DNA of 64,000 nt from the human T2T-CHM13v2.0 reference genome, Homo sapiens, in the NCBI RefSeq assembly GCF_009914755.1, contig NC_060930.1; one strand, written 5' to 3'. Below, in pieces: positions 56,811-64,000 of the stretch. The notes under the pieces were generated by a model, which saw only the letters and a list, made by a program, of their open reading frames with translations, was not told the origin of the DNA and ran no database searches. A program made the position numbers and the translations under genes. The first letter of the stretch is position 1. Each line of letters starts with the position of its first letter.

Positions 56811-58309
56811 TGTGAAAATGATGCAGAAAAGTCTTCCTGGTCAGAAATATTTCTGTCACTGATCTGCCACAGGCCCTGAAATTGCCTTTACTGAAGTCAC
56901 TGAAAGACGTAATTTTTAGAGGTTGTCTATTAAAATGTAATGTGCAACACAGAGTAAGTACAGCGAGGAAGTCATATTAATCTCCCTGCCAACTCCTACT
57001 GGAGTTTACTGGTAGACTCAATGTTAAACCACAAAGGGGCTTGGAGCATTTAGCCCACCTCTTCTTTTTAAAAATGATAAAACTTGATGGAGAGAAGTTA
57101 AAGAAACTCCTCAAATTTACATAGCTTGTGTAGTTAGTTTTATCAGACATCAGGGCCCCCATGGGCTAACACAGATGAGACTTGATTTATGGAGTGAGAA
57201 AGAGACAGACAAGTTTCATTTTCAGGTACATGTTTCTTAGCGGAAAGCATGAAGACAAATAGCACAGTGAGAAATCACGGCTATCCGTGGGGTCACTGGT
57301 CTGGATGCCTGGGTGGAGGCAGCCCCAATAGTAGGGGAATGTCTATCACAGGGAGGTGAACACTGCAATTTTGCCCAGTACCAGTATTGTCAGAGGGCAC
57401 AGATCATTAGAAATGTTTGGGAAGGCCTTTACCATTGTTGCCTGTTTCTTGGGAACTCCTCCAATCATTACTATCTGTAGTTCATTCAGAGTTGATGAAA
57501 GACTCAAAGTAAAACAAACAATACTCTTTAAGAACGGTTAAGGCACAATTTGTAGGCCAAAGCTCCCAAGTGCCTGGCACCTGAAAACGGAGCATCAAAA
57601 AGCAAGAGATTAAATTGTGACCTCATCCAATGTTTGGCGTGTCAGTGACCTCACTGGGCACCCACACAGACAGCTTCCGGTTTACCTCCCTGATTCTGAT
57701 AAATGGAACTGCCAGGGAAATGGCAGGTCTTGCAAATGTGATAGCATTCTGGCTGGAGGGATTTGGTTTTAGTGCTCATATAAATGTGAGGAAAGCCTTT
57801 TACCTCAAGCTTAAAAAACAAAGGAGCAATTCTGGTTCCTAAAAGCGAGAAATGCTACCCTGCTTGCCTCAGCCTAGGAAATAGCACCACTGGCAAATTT
57901 GGCAGCTGTTCTGAGGAGAGTTGTGTGGCCAGCTCTTCAGGCTAGCAGTGTAATGGTAACTGCATAATGATGTCTGAGAAAATCAAAGACCAAAGGAACA
58001 ATTACAGTTTGGAGGAAACAAATATACAACCAAGCTCATCTTGGATAATTTTTGAAAGGATGCCCTTGGGTCTTGGGGAGACATTCTGGCTATAGATTCT
58101 AGAGGAAAATCATAATCATGAGAGGGCACTCAAAAGGATCTGATGACCTGTGGTTAGGCCTGTGTGTGTAATTGTGATTAGCCGGTCAGGCGAGAGCACT
58201 TGAGGATCAGGAAGCCAAGAATGACATGTCCAAGTGTACCAATAGAACTAAACCTTGGGTACTTGTTCCCACGAAAGTACAGAAGAGAGAAAAGCAAGAC
58301 CTTGTTTTT

Positions 58310-58425
58310 ACCACTCACAGGCTGCTTGTTCTTGGAGAATCACCTGGCCTCCTTAGACCTCAGTTTTCTGTAAAAAGAAAAGCTTCGATTAGATTATTTC
58401 AAAGATTCTTCCAGTTATAAGGTTA
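58310..58425 (+). mobile_element. MIR3-like fragment
   Basis: ccactcacaggctg...cttggagaatcac...cctcagttttctgtaaaa...ttagattatttcaaagattcttccag. Confidence 0.55.
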
Positions 58426-58599
58426 TGTATTCTGGGCCTCCAGAGTATTTTTATGTATGGTTTTCTAACTCTTCAGATGGTTGAGTGCTTCTAGAGCGTC
58501 CAATAATGTGGTTGGTTGTGGGACACTTGCAAAGAGTAAGAAGCCCTGGATTCCTGCCCTTCAGATTGATAATTCAATGTTATTCATGTCCTGAAATGT

Positions 58600-58900
58600 A
58601 CATGCAATTCAGTGCTAACTAAATATTTATAAGGGGTGCTGTGCACGATGAGAGATGCAAAAGAGTGTAAGGCCCCTACATTCAGGAGTTTCAGTTAATA
58701 CATGTGAAACAATTAGAAGATAATTAAGGAATCAACTTTTGGTTACTGACTATAAATACAACTAGGATTTATCATGTGGGCTGGGAATTCAGAGCAAGCA
58801 TACTGGAGAAGGAGGGACTTGGCGGAACCTTGGAGGAGTGCTAGGATTTGGATAGACAGAGAGGAGAAACAAGGAAACACCAGCTGGGGAAAATAGTATA
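58600..58900 (-). mobile_element. L2 3' fragment
   Basis: aactaaatatttat...ttcaggagtttcag...actggagaaggaggg...accttggagga...taggatttggataga. Confidence 0.55.
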
Positions 58901-60304
58901 ATAATTAATAGAAAAGATTATTCATAGTTTTTCTCAGAAGCACTGAGAGCTTCAGCTGTCTTCAGCCAAATGTTAACCCAGATGGTATATCCAAATTTTA
59001 TAATTAACAGTTCACCCAGTCACCACAGGTGCTTAAGTATAAGTCTTAAGTTATTTATTTGTGGGGCCACAGAAAAAGAAAAACCTAGGGGTAGGGAAGG
59101 AGGAAGGGTGGGTGGGAGTGATACCCAGGGCAATTTTCCAAGATGAGTGAGTTTGATTAGTTTCTGTTTGATAAGTGTTAGCTGAAGTTGATTGTAGGTT
59201 TCATCTCTGTGTGCAGACAAGGTATCTGTTTTACTGGGAAGTCACAGATGGAGTTAATAAGTCCAGAAGAGGAGTAAGCACAAGGCACAGTACCTGAAAC
59301 AAAATTCTCCCTTGCGTTCTTTAGCTGAGTGAGGCCTAGGCAAGAGAAGATAGGTAACCAATTAGCAAAACTAATCATCATCTCTGTTGAAAAAACAAGT
59401 CACAGCAAATCTTGTACAGAAGATGGCTATGGGAACGAAGAAATAGAAATAGCATCTTTAGCATAGTTCCCAGATATAGGGTTGGAGATACACTGGGTTA
59501 CCCATGAGACTGGGTTCTAGTCTCTTAACTCCTTGCTTCCTGGACTAGCCCCATCCTCAGAGGCACATGGATGGTTTCTGCCACAAAGGCCCTAGGTAAA
59601 ATTGCAATATGAGCATAATTTATCATTTTGGGCTGCTGCTGTTCCTTTTTGGGAAAGGTTCCAACTCCCATGAGGGCATGTTGAACTCAGGTTATTCATT
59701 CCATTCTTGGAGTTCTGTGTTTAAACATTCCCCTTCTTGTAAAGTGAGACATGGCATTGGGATCCCAATTGGTGAGCTTTGTGGGTTTAAATTCAGAGTG
59801 GGAATAGAAGTAAAAGCTAGTTAGCAAGGTCTGAGGAATGGGCATTAGAGCCTAGGACTGAATATTCATTCAAGACGCTGGGCTTGAAGCAGGCTCATGT
59901 GCCTTCTCAAACTTGTGCTTTTAATGGTAGGAGACGATTGAGTACCAGGGCTGTCTGTCAGCTGCCCTGTCCTAAGCGGAAGCAGCTCTTCTGCAGAAAG
60001 AGACAAGCTGGTTGCAAACATGACTCTTGAATTTGATAAGTAGATCCTTCCACAGAGTCATTTCCCGCTCTTCGGAAGTGTCATTTCTAATGAACTATGT
60101 GCAAACAGTGAAAAGAGCCTGTCTCTCCTTAATCCTCTTCAGTTTTGAATGCTTTCATTTTTCCCAGCTTCTGTCATGTCAGGGATTGGTAGGTGGTTTG
60201 TTCTGGAGCATGGAGGGGTTTTAGCTGTCCCAACTACCTCTTGTTTATTTAGAAATAAAAGGGTCCCCAAGGAGTAACTGCCCAAGGCCAAAGTGCTTCT
60301 TGGC

Positions 60305-60445
60305 TGTGGCTCTCAAATTTGGTTTATTATCTGAATTACCTGGGGGAGTTTTTAAAAACATAGATTATTGGACCTCCCTTTTGGGAAGTCTAACTTAGCA
60401 GATCTAGAGCCTGTTTTATAGAAAGCACTCTGGCTGATTCCAAGG
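60305..60445 (+). mobile_element. MER5-like fragment
   Basis: gtggctctcaaattt...gaattacctgggggagtttttaaaaacatagatt. Confidence 0.55.
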
Positions 60446-60474
60446 AAATACAAGAATAAAGCTTTCATCTGTAG

Positions 60475-60788
60475 CAGCAGTCTGCAAGATTTTTTTGTTT
60501 TGTTTCCTTCAGTAAATATTTCAGGCCTCGTATGCCATACAGTCCCTACTGCAACTACTTTGCCACTATGATGGGAAAACTGTCATAGACAATGTGTAAA
60601 TGACTGAGTGAGCTGGGTTCTCATAAAATACACTGAAATTTGAATTACATAAAATTCTTATGTGTCACAAGATATTATTTTTTTCCCTTAACTATTTAAA
60701 CTTGTTAAAACTATTCTTAGCTTGTGGGCCAGACAAGTATAGGCAGTGCATTGTATTTGGCCCACAGGCTATAGTCTGCCAGACCTTG
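60475..60788 (+). mobile_element. MER58B-like hAT-Charlie MITE
   Basis: agtaaatatttcaggc...gcaactact...catagacaatgtgtaaatg...gaaatttgaatt...atttggcccacaggctatagt. 8-bp flanks atctgtag / atctataa. Confidence 0.85.
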
Positions 60789-60859
60789 ATCTATAATATG
60801 TACTTGGGTACTTAACTGCAAAAATCAACTAAATTCTGACCAATATAGCTTAGATAGAA

Positions 60860-61072
60860 TATGGGCTGGAATCCCAGCTTCACCGCCTCACACTCCTCTG
60901 ATCTTGGGCAAATTAATTAACCTCTCTGGGCCTCTGGTATCTGTAAATGGGATAATCTGGTTCATATTTCCTGGGTTGTTGTAAAGATTAAATAAAATTT
61001 TACATGTAGGTTTCTAGCATAGTATAGTGCCTCGTAGTTTCAGGTACTCAGTAAGTGTCAACATTTATATTA
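60860..61072 (+). mobile_element. MIR
   Basis: aatcccagct...tgatcttgggcaaattaattaacctctctgggcctc...atctgtaaatgggataat...gggttgttgtaaagattaaat. Confidence 0.85.
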
Positions 61073-61682
61073 TTACAAAGAACTGCAAACTCCAGAGATT
61101 GAAAATATGGATAAAGCCAATTCCTTAGCCTTAAAAGAAGTTACACACTAACCAGCAGGATAAGACTTGTATGCAAACAGTTATTTTATTATAGAATATA
61201 AATTCCACTGGGGCTAATATTACACAAAAACTATGTCTGTAGACATTGACAAGGGTGTTGAGGGCTCTTCTTATTTGGTTTTAGGGAGGCAGGTCTGCAA
61301 TCCTGTTTTGCATTCCCATGTTTCCACCCTTCCTTTGGAAACACATGCATGTTGATCTTGTATTATGAAGCATATCAGTTTTAAGAGATCTGCTAGACAC
61401 TGAACAACTTCAATAGGATCTGTAGCTCTGGACAACATAGTCTCATCTGATTGATTCACATGTCTAATCATTGTCAACTATCAAGGGAGTGAACACAGAG
61501 CATGTCCTTAGAATACAATTGGCTCATATTTTCAGAGTTCCATAAATCACTAAAAAATGAGAGTGGAAAAAAAGCTTTTAAAATTTAATCAGATGATTTT
61601 TTTATACAGATAGATATAAATAGATAGTCTGAGGTTTGCATTCTCAGCTTGGTCACTTACCAGCTTTCAGATCTTAGACAAG

Positions 61683-61911
61683 TTTTTTTTTTTTTTTAAT
61701 GTACTTTAAGTTCTGGAATACATGTGCAGAATGTGCAGGTTTGTTACATAGGTATACATGTGCCATGGTGGTTTGCTGCACCCATCAACCTGTCATCTAG
61801 GTTTTAAGCCCCACATGCATTAGGTATTTGTCCTAATGCTCTCCCTCCCCTAGCCCCCCAGCCTCCTACAGGCCTAGATGTGTGTCCATGTGTTCTTATT
61901 GTTCAACTCCT
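61683..61911 (-). mobile_element. L1PA (PA8-like) 3'-terminal fragment
   Basis: Poly-T, tactttaagttctggaatacatgtgcagaatgtgcaggtttgttacatagg...ctaggttttaagccccacatgcattagg. Confidence 0.93.
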
Positions 61912-62302
61912 ATTTGATGGAGTTTCCTTGAAAAAAAAAGTGCTACAGCTTCAATGTAAATTTTAAACAGTTGGAAAGCACAACGAGAAAGATAACTATA
62001 ACTTTTATTCTCAATATTTAGCTATATCATTGTTAATATTTTTTGCATGTACTCCCAATCTTTTTGGGACTATGCATTGATATGTACCATGAGATAGATC
62101 GATCAATCTAACTATCATCTCTCTCTCTCTCTCTCTCTCTACCTGTCATGTATTCTTTTTAAAAAGACTGGGATTATGCTATCTAAATTATGTTTTAAAT
62201 CTTTCTTCAGCTTAACAATATTACATGTATAATTCATCATTAATTATTATTCATTAAGTCATTAAGCATTATTCAAAACCATCCCTATAAAATTATTCGA
62301 CA

Positions 62303-62714
62303 TACAGCAGTATCTGTTAGCTGACAGCCTCCAGCTGCCACACTTCAGGATCTGCCAGAGTGTTTGTGCTGAGGCTGCAATGTATTGGCACTGAACATGA
62401 AGAGGGTTTTGGCACCAGGGCACTTCTGCCTGATGCGGGACTCCTCTATTGGGCACTTGCTGGATGTTTGGTTCTCCATTGGCCTGGCTGGAACTTCCCT
62501 CAGAACTGCACTGCACTCTGAGGCTCCTCCTGTCCTATCTTTCTTCCTTTCTTCTCTCCTTTCTCAGGTGTCAAACCCACATTGCAGCTGGAAGACTCTC
62601 CTTTCCTACTCCTAATTCCTCTCCCTTTTATCTTACAAATGTTTTCCCCAATAGATCTCTTGTACTTATAATTTCATTTTGGCAGCATCTCCCTGGAGGA
62701 TCCAAATAGATACA
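62303..62714 (+). mobile_element. LTR16A/B-type ERVL LTR
   Basis: gctgacagcctccagctgcc, gcgggactcctcta, ctcagaactgcactgcactctgaggctc, caggtgtca, ccccaatagatctcttg...ggaggatccaa...aca. Confidence 0.8.
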
Positions 62715-62719
62715 CGTGT

Positions 62720-63690
62720 ATAAGTCTCCCTCCCACTCCTGCTTCTTAGCCTCTCAATACCCTTCCTCAAAGGCAGTTCCCACTATTGCTTTATATATCC
62801 TTCCAGAGTCTTCATTCATATGGAAGCATTTCATATATTTCTCCTTCTGTTTCCTTTCCTCTTAATATTTCTTCATCTTCTCTTCTTTCTTCTCTTTCTT
62901 AACAAGAATGGTAGCATACAATGCAAATTGTCCTGCATGTTGCTTTTTTATTTAATATATCTTGGGGGCAGTCTTACTTTATCAGTAGTATATGTAGAAT
63001 TACCTTATTTCTATTTTTAATTTTGTCTTTACTGTAGTCTCCCCCACCCACCTTATCCATAAGGAAGATGTTCCAAGACCCTCAGTAGGTGCTTGAAACC
63101 ACAAATAGCACCAAATCCTATATATACACAATATTTTTCATATATAAATATATATACGATGAAGTTTGACTTATAAGTCAGGCACAGAAAGAGGCTAACA
63201 ACAATAACCAATAATAAAATAGAACAATTATAGCAACACATTGTAATACAAGTTGTATAAATGTGATCTCTCCCCCCGTCCCCACCCCTGCCCTTAAAAT
63301 ATCTTATTGTATGTAATATTTTCAGACTGTGGTTGACTGAGGGTAAATGAAACCACTAAAAGTGCAAATATGGATGGGGGGTACTGTATAGTATTAAATT
63401 GTTTAGTGTATTATAATTAATCTAACCAATTCTCTATTATCAGTTTATTTCCAACATTTTCTACTCAAAGCAGGGCTGATCCATAACTAAATATTTTTAC
63501 ACCCATGTGAGAGTATATCTTTACGAACAAACCGCAGATGTAGCATTGTTGGATCAATTGGTATGAGTGTTGTGATTTTAATACATATTGTTAAATTTCC
63601 CTCCTTAGAGAATGCACCAATTTCTACTTCAAGGCATGTATGGCAGCAATAGCATCAAGTATAATGGCAACACCATTTCCCAACATAAAA
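62720..63690 (-). mobile_element. L1ME-type fragments, interrupted by MER44
   Basis: tatatatccttccagag, aatggtagcatac...ttgcttttttatttaatatatcttgg, taaccaattctctatt, ttttaatacatattg...tgcaccaatt. Confidence 0.6.
63032..63386. mobile_element. MER44A (Tigger7-derived MITE)
   Basis: gtagtctccccc...cttatcc...gttccaagaccc...gaaaccac...aataataaaatagaacaattata...tggttgactgagggtaa...gggtactg, flanked by TA on both sides. Confidence 0.88.
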
Positions 63691-64000
63691 ATATAGAATA
63701 GACATAATATCACTAAGATCTTCTCTAGTGGCTTGGACTTCAATAAAGTGCCTGATCTTTGTTTATTTTCATGGTTACTTTCCCTGGAGACTTTTCACTG
63801 AGGTTTTGCGAACAGTCCAGGAAGTTAATATTACTACTGGAAGTTTGAGAACCTTGTTGAACATTCTGTATCATCAACAGGAAATAACAAGCAGTTATGT
63901 TGATAGGGGCCACTTGTAGCTACTAAGGTATTAGAATAAATTAGTAAGACACCAGAAGTAGAAGTTTATACTTTTAGGAAAAATGATTTACACATTAAGA

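Overview
Primate (human-like) genomic DNA that is AT-rich, CpG-depleted and repeat-dense, i.e. an intergenic or deep-intronic region. I find no credible host protein-coding exon, CpG island, tRNA/rRNA/snRNA or CRISPR array. A large part of the window is recognisable transposable-element fossil: about 16 Alu/FLAM copies, L1M/L1PA/L1PB fragments, L2, MIR, solo LTRs (MLT1, MLT2, LTR16, one ERV1-type) and DNA transposons (near-full-length Tigger1 with a dead transposase, MADE1, MER30 x2, MER63A, MER20, MER5, MER3, MER58, MER44, MER91, MER102). The only ORFs with recognisable protein homology are Tigger1 transposase remnants. The rest are Alu/L1 read-throughs or chance ORFs. The sequence does not support a previously undescribed biological system. 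The observations worth following up are modest: multi-layer nested insertions, two micro-inversion scars, a tail-less AluY, a perfect 25-bp tandem duplication, a GGAA microsatellite, G4/Z/H-DNA-prone tracts and several repeat-free motif clusters that may be enhancers. Repeat subfamily names come from my recollection of consensus sequences. Boundaries of old repeats are approximate and need RepeatMasker/Dfam confirmation.
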